From assembly GCF_902764345.1 (NCBI RefSeq), contig NZ_CACWVT010000005.1: a DNA stretch of 64,000 nt. One strand, given 5' to 3'. Shown one piece after another: positions 38,677 to 48,681 of this stretch. A program made the position numbers and the translations under genes. The stretch's first letter is position 1. Every line of letters starts with the position of its first letter. Source of the DNA: an uncultured Ruminobacter sp. GTDB lineage: Bacteria > Pseudomonadota > Gammaproteobacteria > Enterobacterales > Succinivibrionaceae. The notes beneath the pieces are model-generated. The model searched no databases. It was not told the DNA's origin and saw nothing but the letters and a program-made list of their open reading frames with translations.

Positions 38677-38697
38677 TATTACTTCCTCCTTATTAAA

Positions 38698-40482
38698 TTA
38701 TTCGGTTAACTGCAACTTAAGATTTGTCCAGTCTTCCATATATTGAGGATCATTTTCTTTATTAATCTTATCGGTAACCTTGTTGTATGCATTAATTACC
38801 GTTGAATGATCTTTGTTGCCAAACTGTTTACCGAGACTCGGATAGCTCCCCTTTGTCAGTTCTCTTGCGAGAGCCATTGCCATCATTCTTGCATATGCAA
38901 TCTGCTTAGGTCTTGCGGATGAATCTATATCTTTCACGGAAATACCATAATATTCAGCAACAACCTGCTTAATGTTATCCACAGTCTGCAGCTTTGCATG
39001 GGCATTTAACGCATCCTTCAAAGCTTCCTTAACAATATCAACGGTAATGGTTTTAATCCTGTTATCACCTGATGTTCCCATAACGTATGCAGCAATAGTC
39101 TTGATATGACCTTCCAACACTCTGACGTTAGTTTGGAACTTATTCGCAAGGAAAACAACGCTCTGATTATCTAAAGCAAGGTTCATTTCCTTAATTTTTT
39201 CAACAATGATACGCTCTCTTGTTTCCTTATCAGGAGGCTCAACCTTAATACTCACGCCGGCAGCTAATCTGTTTCTTATACGGTTATCAAGCTTGCGAAA
39301 TTCAGAATGATGAGAACTTGCTGCAAATACAAGCTGTACGTTAGAACAAATAATTTCATCTAAAAGAGTGACAAATTCTTTAGTAATCCCGGTAGTATTC
39401 TCAAGCTGCTGAATATCATCAATGAGGAACAGGTCAGCACTCCTGTAAAAAGACTTGTAGCTTTTATAAGTGGTTGAGTTTATGCCACCGTTTCGCTTGT
39501 ACTCATTAACAGCACGTAAAAAATCCTGATAAAACTTATCAAGTGTTACAAGGATAATTTTCTTCTCAGGATATTTATTGGCTACCTCATTTGCGATAGC
39601 ATTCAGAATATGAGTTTTACCAAGACCGGAATCACCATGAATAAATATAGGATTACGTTGCGGATTACCCGGATCCTGAGCAACAAGCTTACCTATGTTT
39701 ACGAGTTTTTGGTTGGTAGGTCCTTCAACAAAATTATCAAAGTTTTTCTCTTTCTGAATAACAATGGACTTATAAAAAATATTATTTTTAAACTCATCCA
39801 ATTCAAGAGATGAAGAACCAACAGGCAGAGGCTGTTCAGCTCCACCTGATGAAGTTTCATCATAAAGAGGATTCAACTCAACGTCGTTATAATAATCGTA
39901 ACCCTGGCTATCATTAACAATATTCACATCCTGAGCAATGACATTTTTTGGCAGAATATCTGCCGCCTTCATTTCAGGAAGTTCAGAATAGCTTCCACGC
40001 ATCATCTGCTGTTGATAACCGCCCTGATACTGATGATTGTTTGTAACCCCGGATCCAGCTGATATACCGTCACGAGTCCCACTCATCTGACTCTGACGAC
40101 CACTGTTCATCTGGTTATAGCCATTATCATGATAATGTACCATTTCCGTCTCAGCTTGTGGTCTTATCACCGAACCAGGATTGTTCATACGAACTGGAGA
40201 TGCAAGATTTACGCTTTTATTGACACTGAATTCAGATTGTACTTCTATTGCAACAATAAAGTTCTTGTTTGACACATAGCGAACCGCCTCCACTATGGAG
40301 TCCATGAATTCATTGACAAGCAGTCCCTTGATCATTCTATTTGGCACGAGAATTGAGAAAGTGTTGTCCTGAATGACAACATTTGCCGTTCTCAAAAAAA
40401 TTTTTAACTTTGCAATGGACCTGTTTAAAGGCAGGGAAAACAGGTAGTTTTTCACGTTTTCCCAAAGTTCCAGACTAGCCAA
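38698..40482 (-). CDS. dnaA: Chromosomal replication initiator protein DnaA (594 aa, long domain II linker, TTG start)
   Basis: N-terminal ASLELWENVKNYL, AAA+ GDSGLGKTHIL, the DnaA signature region, and a C-terminal DNA-binding domain (KQIAYARMMAMALARELT...LGKQFGNKDHSTV). Confidence 0.95.
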   Translation of the reverse strand: MASLELWENVKNYLFSLPLNRSIAKLKIFLRTANVVIQDNTFSILVPNRMIKGLLVNEFMDSIVEAVRYVSNKNFIVAIEVQSEFSVNKSVNLASPVRMNNPGSVIRPQAETEMVHYHDNGYNQMNSGRQSQMSGTRDGISAGSGVTNNHQYQGGYQQQMMRGSYSELPEMKAADILPKNVIAQDVNIVNDSQGYDYYNDVELNPLYDETSSGGAEQPLPVGSSSLELDEFKNNIFYKSIVIQKEKNFDNFVEGPTNQKLVNIGKLVAQDPGNPQRNPIFIHGDSGLGKTHILNAIANEVANKYPEKKIILVTLDKFYQDFLRAVNEYKRNGGINSTTYKSYKSFYRSADLFLIDDIQQLENTTGITKEFVTLLDEIICSNVQLVFAASSHHSEFRKLDNRIRNRLAAGVSIKVEPPDKETRERIIVEKIKEMNLALDNQSVVFLANKFQTNVRVLEGHIKTIAAYVMGTSGDNRIKTITVDIVKEALKDALNAHAKLQTVDNIKQVVAEYYGISVKDIDSSARPKQIAYARMMAMALARELTKGSYPSLGKQFGNKDHSTVINAYNKVTDKINKENDPQYMEDWTNLKLQLTE

Positions 40483-40608
40483 AATACATCCTCTTATTAA
40501 TATATGTATGACCTGCTATTTGACGTAAAAACCAGCCGGAATAAATCAAAAAAAACCGGCATGAATTACATGAAAAGCAGTATTGGATTATACATCAAGA
40601 ATATGGAC

Positions 40609-40617
40609 TTATCCACA
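40609..40617 (+). promoter_or_regulatory. DnaA box (perfect)
   Basis: TTATCCACA, 127 nt upstream of the dnaA start. Confidence 0.75.
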
Positions 40618-40743
40618 ATCAGAAAAGCATTTTTATGCTGATATATAATCACACATATTACTTTTAGTTATTTTTTATAAAAATAATATATATTTTTACC
40701 AATTATAATCTTTTAACGCCATTTGTGACCCGTAGCTATTGAT

Positions 40744-40752
40744 TTATTCACA
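40744..40752 (+). promoter_or_regulatory. DnaA box (TTATNCACA class)
   Basis: TTATTCACA. Confidence 0.6.
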
Positions 40753-40824
40753 TTTGTATTATTGTTATATTTAAATAAATTTGTTTAATATTTATCTATA
40801 ATTCTTATACAATGGTATTAGCAC

Positions 40825-40833
40825 TTATACACA
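40825..40833 (+). promoter_or_regulatory. DnaA box (TTATNCACA class)
   Basis: TTATACACA. Confidence 0.6.
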
Positions 40834-40896
40834 TATCAAAAGTAATTAACAGCCTTTTACATACCATAAAAATGTGATTTTCTTATTCTTTCTGTC

Positions 40897-40925
40897 TTGA
40901 CTACTAATGTCTAACTCTATATAAT
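40897..40925 (+). promoter_or_regulatory. Sigma-70 promoter candidate for rpmH-rnpA
   Basis: TTGACT (40897..40902), a 17-nt spacer, then TATAAT (40920..40925). Confidence 0.6.
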
Positions 40926-40985
40926 CGCACCACAAATAATTATTTTGTTTAGGTTAATTAACCATTAAATCTATGGGAGTTTATT

Positions 40986-41129
40986 ATGAAACGTACATTT
41001 CAGCCTTCAGTTTTGAAGCGTAAGCGTACCCACGGTTTCCGTAACCGTATGAAGACCGCTGATGGTCGTAAGGTACTTTCTCGTCGTCGTGCAAAGGGTC
41101 GTGCTCGTTTAACTACTGTTAATGACTAA
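40986..41129 (+). CDS. rpmH: 50S ribosomal protein L34
   Basis: Not in the ORF track (47 aa). My own translation is [47 protein letters not shown]. It overlaps the rnpA start by 8 nt. Confidence 0.95.
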   Translation: MKRTFQPSVLKRKRTHGFRNRMKTADGRKVLSRRRAKGRARLTTVND

Positions 41130-41478
41130 AGAGAATTTTCCTCGGGAGTTTAGGTTACTAACTCCCGAAAACTTCAATAATGTATTCAAAGATCCTATTA
41201 GAGCAGGATCGCCTTATATCACCATTCTTGCAAAAAATTCTGACCTAAATTTTCCAAGATTAGGCATGATTGTTCCTAAAAAGGCTTTGAAAAGAGCTGT
41301 TTGGCGTAACCGGGCAAAACGACTTATTAGAGAAAGTTTTAGGACGTCCTATTCGGAATTAGAAAATCTTGATTATGTTTGTATTATTAAACCCGATTTT
41401 TTGAAAATCGATAATCAGGAATTCAGCAAACTTCTTAAAAAGCTATGGAAAACAATCTCAATCCGCTCCAGAAAATAG
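41122..41478 (+). CDS. rnpA: Ribonuclease P protein component
   Basis: It follows rpmH; a basic 118-aa protein with [25 protein letters not shown] (RNR motif). Confidence 0.9.
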   Translation: MTKENFPREFRLLTPENFNNVFKDPIRAGSPYITILAKNSDLNFPRLGMIVPKKALKRAVWRNRAKRLIRESFRTSYSELENLDYVCIIKPDFLKIDNQEFSKLLKKLWKTISIRSRK

Positions 41479-41708
41479 GTTGCAGACTGATTGTTCTGTA
41501 TCAGAAAACTCTCAGTCATGTAATTGGAAATCAATGCAGATTTTATCCCAGCTGTTCTGAATATACCAAACAGGCAATTATAATACATGGTTTTTTCTTG
41601 GGTTGCATACTGGGAGCATACCGCATACTAAGGTGTAATCCTTTATGTAAAGGCGGTTTTGATCCCGTACCAAAGGAAATTTTTAAAACTAACAAACAAC
41701 AAAAGTAA
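41445..41708 (+). CDS. yidD: Membrane protein insertion efficiency factor YidD
   Basis: LIVLYQKTLSHVIGNQCRFYPSCSEYTKQAI...RILRCNPLCKGGFDPVP is the canonical YidD sequence. Confidence 0.9.
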   Translation: MENNLNPLQKIGCRLIVLYQKTLSHVIGNQCRFYPSCSEYTKQAIIIHGFFLGCILGAYRILRCNPLCKGGFDPVPKEIFKTNKQQK

Positions 41709-41712
41709 AAAT

Positions 41713-43395
41713 ATGCACTCTCAACGTAGCTCCGCGCTAATGTTTTTTTTGATTGTATCTGGTATCGCGGCATATACATACTTCGGAGACAAAGCCGAAG
41801 AAGCAAAAAAAGCAAATCAACCACAGCTGGAAGTAATATCAAACAGTGATTCGGCAAATGAAAAATCACTGGCAGACTCTGAAAAAATTCAGATTGATAC
41901 TGATCTCCACTCAATCCAAATAAGTTTAAACGGCGGTGACATTATCGTTGCTGATTTAAAGGATCAGAAACAGACCATTGATTCTGATGAAAACTTTCAT
42001 CTGTTTAAGTATGAGCCAGATTTCAAGTACTATGCTACCAGCGATATTGTAATCGAAGAAAGTGAAGCAAGGTACGCACTTCACCCTAAATTCAACGCCA
42101 CAGGCTCATCCTTTGCAATGAAACCTGCTGAAGGCATCGACTGTCAGAAACTCAGTAATGAAGATGAAGCAAAACTTGCTAAATTATCCGTTCCTCTCAC
42201 CTACACAGACAAGAACGGAACTGAATTCACAAAAACCTTTACGTTTACCCAGTGCAAACATGTGGTTAACGTGGATTACGCCATTACAAATATCAAAAAT
42301 AACATGGCTGTAACAATGGAATCAAAGTTAATTCAGAGTGTTACCGTACCTGACGATGGTTCCGGAGTATTCATGGCCTCAGCTTACAGGGGAGCAGCAT
42401 ACTCAAACAGCGATACTAAGTATTCAAAGATTTCATTTGAGGATATCGCAAAAAAGAATTATGACACTGTAGATACAGCTGAAGGCGGTTGGGTAAGCAT
42501 GATCCAGCATTACTTTGTATCATCATGGATCGGACTTACAAATCATCAGAATACTGTTTTCACTCAGTCTCTCGATAACGGTACAACCGCAGTTATCGGC
42601 TTACGTTCATCTCCGGTAAATGTTACAGCAGGACCTGATACAAAGATTAAGTTATCAAACAATCTTTGGATAGGTCCTAAGATTCAGGATGAAATGAAAG
42701 AGACCAGCAACCATCTCGATTTAACAATCGATTATGGATGGTTATCTCCTATTTCTTCCGCCCTCTTCTGGTGCCTTAAGGTTATACACAGTCTGGTATC
42801 AAACTGGGGTGTTGCCATTATCATTCTGACTCTCATTGTAAGAGGTTTAATGTTCCCTCTCACAAAGAAGCAGTATGAAAGCATGGCAAAGATGAAGCAG
42901 TTGGCTCCAAAATTAAACCAACTTAAGGAAAAATATAAGGACGACAGACAGAGATTAAGTCAGGAAACAATGCGTCTTTACCAAACTGAAAAGGTAAATC
43001 CGCTTGGTGGCTGTCTGCCTATGTTTATACAGATGCCTATTTTTATAGCATTGTATTGGACACTGATGGAATCAACTGAACTCAGACATTCTCCTTTCAT
43101 CCTTTGGATTAAGGACCTGTCAGTTCTGGATCCGTACTATGTGTTACCTTTGCTTATGGGGCTAACCATGTTTATTACTCAAAGAGTTTCAATGAGTGCA
43201 ACAACAGATCAGACCCAAAAGACTGTTATGACTGTTATGACTGTGGTATTTACGTTCATGTTCTGTACATTCCCTGCAGGTTTAACACTGTACTGGGTTG
43301 TCTCAAACATTGTAACAATTGTGCAGCAGACAATAATATACAGACAACTGGATAAAAAAGGTCTTAGCATGAGAAACAGTACAAAGAAAGCATAA
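41713..43395 (+). CDS. yidC: Membrane protein insertase YidC
   Basis: The start is chosen at ATG 41713 (MHSQRSSALMFFLIVSG). It has a large periplasmic P1 domain and a conserved C-terminal core (NWGVAIIILTLIVRGLMFPLTKKQYESMAKMK, GGCLPMFIQMPIFIALY). Confidence 0.95.
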   Translation: MHSQRSSALMFFLIVSGIAAYTYFGDKAEEAKKANQPQLEVISNSDSANEKSLADSEKIQIDTDLHSIQISLNGGDIIVADLKDQKQTIDSDENFHLFKYEPDFKYYATSDIVIEESEARYALHPKFNATGSSFAMKPAEGIDCQKLSNEDEAKLAKLSVPLTYTDKNGTEFTKTFTFTQCKHVVNVDYAITNIKNNMAVTMESKLIQSVTVPDDGSGVFMASAYRGAAYSNSDTKYSKISFEDIAKKNYDTVDTAEGGWVSMIQHYFVSSWIGLTNHQNTVFTQSLDNGTTAVIGLRSSPVNVTAGPDTKIKLSNNLWIGPKIQDEMKETSNHLDLTIDYGWLSPISSALFWCLKVIHSLVSNWGVAIIILTLIVRGLMFPLTKKQYESMAKMKQLAPKLNQLKEKYKDDRQRLSQETMRLYQTEKVNPLGGCLPMFIQMPIFIALYWTLMESTELRHSPFILWIKDLSVLDPYYVLPLLMGLTMFITQRVSMSATTDQTQKTVMTVMTVVFTFMFCTFPAGLTLYWVVSNIVTIVQQTIIYRQLDKKGLSMRNSTKKA

Positions 43396-43480
43396 TTGTT
43401 TTCTCATATCAAATAAATTTTTCAAAGAAAAAAGCCTCTGATAGAATATTTTCAGAGGCTTTTTTACAGGATTAAACCAC

Positions 43481-44845
43481 ATGGATAAAGAAACAATAGC
43501 GGCAATAGCCACATCTTCAGGAAAAGGCGGTATTGGAGTAATACGAGTTGCCGGCCCAAAATCTACAGAAATATGCAAAATCATTACAGGCAGTCTGCCT
43601 CCGGATCATATGGCTGTCCTGCAAAAATTTAAATCAAGTAACGGTGATGTTCTTGATGAGGGAATAACACTGTACTTTAAAGCCCCCCACAGTTTTACCG
43701 GGGATGATATTGTTGAATTTCAGTGTCACGGCGGTCCGGTAATCATGGATATGCTTCTTAAGGAAATACTGAACATTCCTGATGTCAGACAGGCTGGTCC
43801 TGGAGAATTTACACAGAGAGCTTTTTTGAACGGTAAAATTGATTTGGCTCAAGCAGAAGCAATCATTGATTTAATCAATGCAAGCAGCGAAAAAGCAGCA
43901 TTAAGTGCAAGTCGTTCTCTGCAGGGGGTTTTCTCCGAAAAAATCAATAATATAAACGACAGGCTTATCAAACTGCGTACATACGTAGAAGCGACAATTG
44001 ATTTTCCTGATGAAAGCATTGATTTCATCAATGACGGGCAGGTCGAAAAAGAAATGCACGTTCTTGTAGATGCCATAACCTCACTGCTGAACGAAGCCAG
44101 ACAAGGGGTTATACTACAGGAAGGTATCAAGATTGTTATCGCAGGCCGTCCTAATGCTGGAAAATCATCTCTGCTTAATGCACTGTGTGGAAAAGATTTA
44201 GCCATAGTAACAAATATTGAAGGTACCACAAGGGATGCCATTCACGAAAACATTGATATCGACGGACTTCCACTGCATATTGTAGATACGGCAGGACTGA
44301 GATCCCATACATCCGATCTGGTAGAGCAAATAGGTATCAACAGAGCATGGAACGAAATTGAAGAGGCTGACCGAATACTGTTTGTATTTGACGTATCAAG
44401 AAACGAAGACACGGAACAATTAAAATTGTTCAAAGACATCAGTGAACGTACAGGTAATAAAGTACCTTTCAGCATAATCTGTAATAAAACTGATTTGGTA
44501 TCGGATTACTCAATTCCAAATGAATTAAGTAATTATCCTCAAATACCATTCTGTTCCAAAGATTTAACTGGAATGGACAATCTGCGTGAACATCTAAAAA
44601 AGTGTGCAGGTTACAACAATACCACTGAGGGATTATTCTCTGCCAGAAGAAGACATCTTGAATCCCTTGAGGAAGCGCTTGTACATCTACAGAAGGGAAT
44701 TGAACTCATCAACTGTATGTCAGCATTTGAACTCTGTGCTGAGGAGCTTAGAAACGCACAGAACAATCTCAATGATATTCTTGGACGCTTTACGGCAGAT
44801 GACCTGCTGGGAAAAATATTCAGTACTTTCTGCGTTGGTAAATAA
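43481..44845 (+). CDS. mnmE: tRNA modification GTPase MnmE
   Basis: MDKETIAAIATSSGKGGIGVIRV, G-domain GRPNAGKSSLLNAL, and a C-terminal FCVGK (CxGK motif). Confidence 0.95.
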   Translation: MDKETIAAIATSSGKGGIGVIRVAGPKSTEICKIITGSLPPDHMAVLQKFKSSNGDVLDEGITLYFKAPHSFTGDDIVEFQCHGGPVIMDMLLKEILNIPDVRQAGPGEFTQRAFLNGKIDLAQAEAIIDLINASSEKAALSASRSLQGVFSEKINNINDRLIKLRTYVEATIDFPDESIDFINDGQVEKEMHVLVDAITSLLNEARQGVILQEGIKIVIAGRPNAGKSSLLNALCGKDLAIVTNIEGTTRDAIHENIDIDGLPLHIVDTAGLRSHTSDLVEQIGINRAWNEIEEADRILFVFDVSRNEDTEQLKLFKDISERTGNKVPFSIICNKTDLVSDYSIPNELSNYPQIPFCSKDLTGMDNLREHLKKCAGYNNTTEGLFSARRRHLESLEEALVHLQKGIELINCMSAFELCAEELRNAQNNLNDILGRFTADDLLGKIFSTFCVGK

Positions 44846-44885
44846 AAATCAGGATTTACCGTTATTTTGAGTCCGTAAACAAAAG

Positions 44886-44925
44886 AGGAACATCCGGAAG
44901 TATTATGAACCTAAAGGATGTTCCT
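44886..44925. terminator. Long-loop hairpin between convergent mnmE and pqiC
   Basis: AGGAACATCC (44886..44895) pairs with GGATGTTCCT (44916..44925), a 10-bp stem with a 20-nt loop. Confidence 0.45.
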
Positions 44926-44946
44926 TTGTCGGTTATGCATATCTGA

Positions 44947-45513
44947 TTAATTATCAATATGCATAACCATTTCATCTACGGCGCTCTGCCATGCAGTATT
45001 CAAAGCAGAAACCATGGCATCATAACCATCACCAGTCATTTTTTCCTCGTGATGAACAGTACCGATTTTCAGATTTTTATTTCCATCTATGAATTTATAG
45101 TCAAAATCTACAACTGCAATGCTTTTATCGTTAAGTTCAAAATTATTGATACTCACAGTCAGTTCAGCATTATTCTTTATCGATTTATCATTAGTAACAA
45201 ACCATTTTTCAGTTCTGTTTCGCAGATTTTTAAGTAATGAATCATTCAGAAGCACACTCAGCTCCTGAATCCATTTATTTTCATTGGTATAGAAAATCTC
45301 ATGCCCCCAGCCCCTAAAAACAAAGGACTTTGAATCCAAGTACTCAGGAACAACCACGCCTTTTACGAAAAGAACGTTGTTATTAATATTACCTGTCTTT
45401 GCATAGTAGTCAGCGGAATCAAGACTGTAATACCTAATATCTTTGGTTTCAGAACATCCGCTTAATACAGTCATCATGACAGCAGCGGTACATACTAATT
45501 TATTAAATTTCAT
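44947..45513 (-). CDS. pqiC: Membrane integrity-associated transporter lipoprotein PqiC (DUF330/YmbA family)
   Basis: A lipobox (VLSGC), 188 aa, immediately downstream of pqiB in the same orientation. Confidence 0.7.
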   Translation of the reverse strand: MKFNKLVCTAAVMMTVLSGCSETKDIRYYSLDSADYYAKTGNINNNVLFVKGVVVPEYLDSKSFVFRGWGHEIFYTNENKWIQELSVLLNDSLLKNLRNRTEKWFVTNDKSIKNNAELTVSINNFELNDKSIAVVDFDYKFIDGNKNLKIGTVHHEEKMTGDGYDAMVSALNTAWQSAVDEMVMHIDN

Positions 45514-45528
45514 ATAACACGCCCTTTA

Positions 45529-47196
45529 TTATTTAGCAGCTTTAGGCTGTGGATCCTGCTTATCGTAGGAAAAAACCAGTGAGTTTGATTTTTCATCTAC
45601 CTTTCTCATGACCGGTTTCAATGAAGAAACGGTATCATTAAGATTTTTAAGACTCTTATGGAGTTCGCTGTACAGAGGAGAATCTTCACCATATGAATTG
45701 AGAGTCTGTCTCAATAAATTTAATGTATCAAGAAGTTCGCCTGAAATGTCATCCCTCTGTAGTTTTTCAACAATCAGGTTAATATTCTTACTTATTTCTG
45801 CCAGATTATCAGAGGTTTGTGTTGAACTCTTAATAAGAGCATTTACATTATCAACCATTTCGTTAATCTTTAATTCACTCAGATTATGTGCAAAAGTAGC
45901 TATATCCTGCTGCAGTCCGCTGAAATCTATTTCCTGGGAAGGAATGACTACGTAGCCGTCAAAGTACTCAATATCGTTTCTGGAAGTAGCAGCCCCGCCA
46001 TTAGCAGGTATTTCTTCATACAGACTTATCATGTTTCTCTGAGTCAGAAGATTTAAAGTCTCCACTGAAGCAGTAAGATTCTTGTTCTGAATCAAATTAA
46101 CTATATCAGAACGAAGTTCCTCCACACTACGGTTATTATTATGCTCAAAACGTTGCATCTGAATGCTGATCATTACAGCAGACTTGCTTACCTCATCATA
46201 AAACAGTTCAAATCCCTGCTTAAAATACGGCACTTTCTTAACTATGCCTACCTGAACCCCGCTGAAATATACCGGTGAACCATAGACAAGCCCCTTCGGA
46301 GGTTTGTTCAGCAGAATAACGAAATCTATTGTTTTATCATCATCGTATCTGTTTGAAATCTCTTCAAAATTATCGTAAAGAGTAAATCTATGTCCGGTAC
46401 CAGGCTTTGATGATGAATAAACATCTACGTCCGGAGTGTCAAAACTGATACCACCGCTTATTATGCTTTCAAGGGAATCTGTATCAATATGAAATCCTTC
46501 AGCCCCCATCGTTGCAGAAATACCGCTCGATATCCAAAAACGAGAACTGTTTGTTACAATCTTATCAAAAGGAGGCTTAATTACCACGTTATATACAAGA
46601 TAGTGATTGCGGAAATCGTAATCGGCCGTTACCACTGATCCTGCAGTCATCCCTTTAAATCTTATGATATCTCCGGCTGTAATTTTTTTATTTGATGTCG
46701 ATATAAGAGAGACATAAAGTCCATTTGATGAATCAAGATCAGCAGGCGGCTCATCCAGTACAACAAATGTCTTTTCCGGTTTTCCAATTTTACTTGGCAG
46801 CATTTCAATGTAATAACCAGAGAGAATAGTACTCAGACCACTGACACCTTTTCTGTCAACACGAGGTTTTTCAATCCAGAATTTACTCTCATTGTTTAAG
46901 AGATGAGCAACATCCTTGTTCATCTGAGCTTCTGCAATTACGTGCTTCAAATCATCAGTCAGTGAAATGGAAACAATCTTGCCGACCTCTACACTTTTAG
47001 TCTTAATAGCTGTTTTTCCTGCTTCAAGACCATCAGCAGAATTTAGGATCAGTGAAATTTTTGGACCTTTATTAAAATGCGTTGAATATACCAGAGAAAA
47101 TGCTATACACACAGCAACAATAGGAATAATCCAAACAAAGGAGTAAAACTTTTCTTTTCTGATCTTAATGGATTTACTCATTCTGTTCTCCATCAT
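45529..47196 (-). CDS. pqiB: Intermembrane transport protein PqiB (multi-MCE domain)
   Basis: An N-terminal anchor (FVWIIPIVAVCIAF), repeated MCE-type segments and a C-terminal coiled coil. It overlaps the pqiA stop; alternative start at 47181. Confidence 0.85.
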   Translation of the reverse strand: MMENRMSKSIKIRKEKFYSFVWIIPIVAVCIAFSLVYSTHFNKGPKISLILNSADGLEAGKTAIKTKSVEVGKIVSISLTDDLKHVIAEAQMNKDVAHLLNNESKFWIEKPRVDRKGVSGLSTILSGYYIEMLPSKIGKPEKTFVVLDEPPADLDSSNGLYVSLISTSNKKITAGDIIRFKGMTAGSVVTADYDFRNHYLVYNVVIKPPFDKIVTNSSRFWISSGISATMGAEGFHIDTDSLESIISGGISFDTPDVDVYSSSKPGTGHRFTLYDNFEEISNRYDDDKTIDFVILLNKPPKGLVYGSPVYFSGVQVGIVKKVPYFKQGFELFYDEVSKSAVMISIQMQRFEHNNNRSVEELRSDIVNLIQNKNLTASVETLNLLTQRNMISLYEEIPANGGAATSRNDIEYFDGYVVIPSQEIDFSGLQQDIATFAHNLSELKINEMVDNVNALIKSSTQTSDNLAEISKNINLIVEKLQRDDISGELLDTLNLLRQTLNSYGEDSPLYSELHKSLKNLNDTVSSLKPVMRKVDEKSNSLVFSYDKQDPQPKAAK

Positions 47197-48445
47197 TATT
47201 ATCTACACTGTTCAACCATAAAATCTTGGGATTAAACTGCTTTGCGGCAAGGATTGTGAGAATTACTACAGCACCGAAAGAAACAAGTGCTGAACCGGGA
47301 TCTATTATCATAATATTCCCCATTCTTACTATGGAAACCATTATTGCAACAACAAACACATCAACCATTGACCATTTACCTATATATTCCACAGTCCTGT
47401 AAAGAATCCCAAGCATTTTCTTCTTTTTAGCTCTCTTGAATGTTTTGTACATGCAACAAAGATAAAACAAAACTATTATTTTAAGAATAGGAATACACAC
47501 ACTCGCTAAAAAAATAACTGCGGATACGAAATAAGACCCCATCTCCCACAGAACAACGACACCTTCAAGAATTGTTGATTCCTCACCGTTTCCCATGTAG
47601 ACAGTTATCATCATTGGATACATATTGGCAGGAATGTAAATGGCCACGGCTGCTATAAGAAACGCCAGACATTTCTGAATACAGTTCTCATTTACAGAAG
47701 CCACCTCCGCCCCACATCTCGGACAATTATGCCCCCTACGCACATCAACTATTCCGCCACATAGATGGCAGTCAGCAAAATCCTGTTTATATGCGGTAAT
47801 GCCACTGATAATAGGCCTTTCAGTTTCTGTTTCCGGAAAGAAATACTCCCACATGACCTGTACATGAAAACGGCTCATGGCCAATATGAACATCAGTGCA
47901 AAAATAATATATGACCAGAAACCAAACTCATATACCACATCAACAAGATTAACCAGTTTTATAAGGCTTACTAGGACTCCTACCACAAAAACATCAACCA
48001 TGCTCCACTGTTTACAGAACTGAAATATTCTTAGCAGCCTTGATATAAACAAATATCGTTTTTTTAGCAAATAACACGTATCACAGATAATAATGGCAAT
48101 TAATGCAACTATTGGCAGAAAATGCATGAACATCATTATCAAAATACTTACAAAACCTAAATCATTATCTGCAAGAACAGATACATAATCCAAAAGATTT
48201 ACGGAATTGTTCAGGCCTGAAAAATTTATGCTCATAAATGGAAGAAAGTCTGTTGATATAATCATTATCAGAGCACTTACTGCAAAGCATAATGAATATC
48301 TTACGGGCGAAGGATGGTAATGATGCAGAATTTTGCCGCATCTGGGACATACCCCTACCTTAACTCCTTCACATTCAGGTATATCAAGCACAATATCGCA
48401 CTGCTCACATATAACCTTCTTCATTTCTGACACGAAAATCCCCAC
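47174..48445 (-). CDS. pqiA: Paraquat-inducible protein A family membrane protein PqiA
   Basis: Two repeats, each with CxxC...CxxC (CEQCD...CPRCG; CHLCG...CPRCG) followed by multiple TM helices. The likely true start is the ATG at 48424 (MKKVICEQCD). Confidence 0.85.
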   Translation of the reverse strand: MGIFVSEMKKVICEQCDIVLDIPECEGVKVGVCPRCGKILHHYHPSPVRYSLCFAVSALIMIISTDFLPFMSINFSGLNNSVNLLDYVSVLADNDLGFVSILIMMFMHFLPIVALIAIIICDTCYLLKKRYLFISRLLRIFQFCKQWSMVDVFVVGVLVSLIKLVNLVDVVYEFGFWSYIIFALMFILAMSRFHVQVMWEYFFPETETERPIISGITAYKQDFADCHLCGGIVDVRRGHNCPRCGAEVASVNENCIQKCLAFLIAAVAIYIPANMYPMMITVYMGNGEESTILEGVVVLWEMGSYFVSAVIFLASVCIPILKIIVLFYLCCMYKTFKRAKKKKMLGILYRTVEYIGKWSMVDVFVVAIMVSIVRMGNIMIIDPGSALVSFGAVVILTILAAKQFNPKILWLNSVDNNDGEQNE

Positions 48446-48681
48446 TTTTGTATATCATCCAAAAGACTTATGCTTTTAAGAATGTTAGTATATCAATAAT
48501 CACAAAACATAGTACAAAAATACAACAAACTGGTTAGCAATAACTCAACCATTATGCCGATATCAAAGTCAAACGGAAATAATGTTTATTCTTCCTGCAT
48601 TTAAGTTGTCTTTATCCTCTCCTTATTGGGATAATATCTGCATATTGTATTGCATTAACCTTAACAGATGAATAAATAAAC

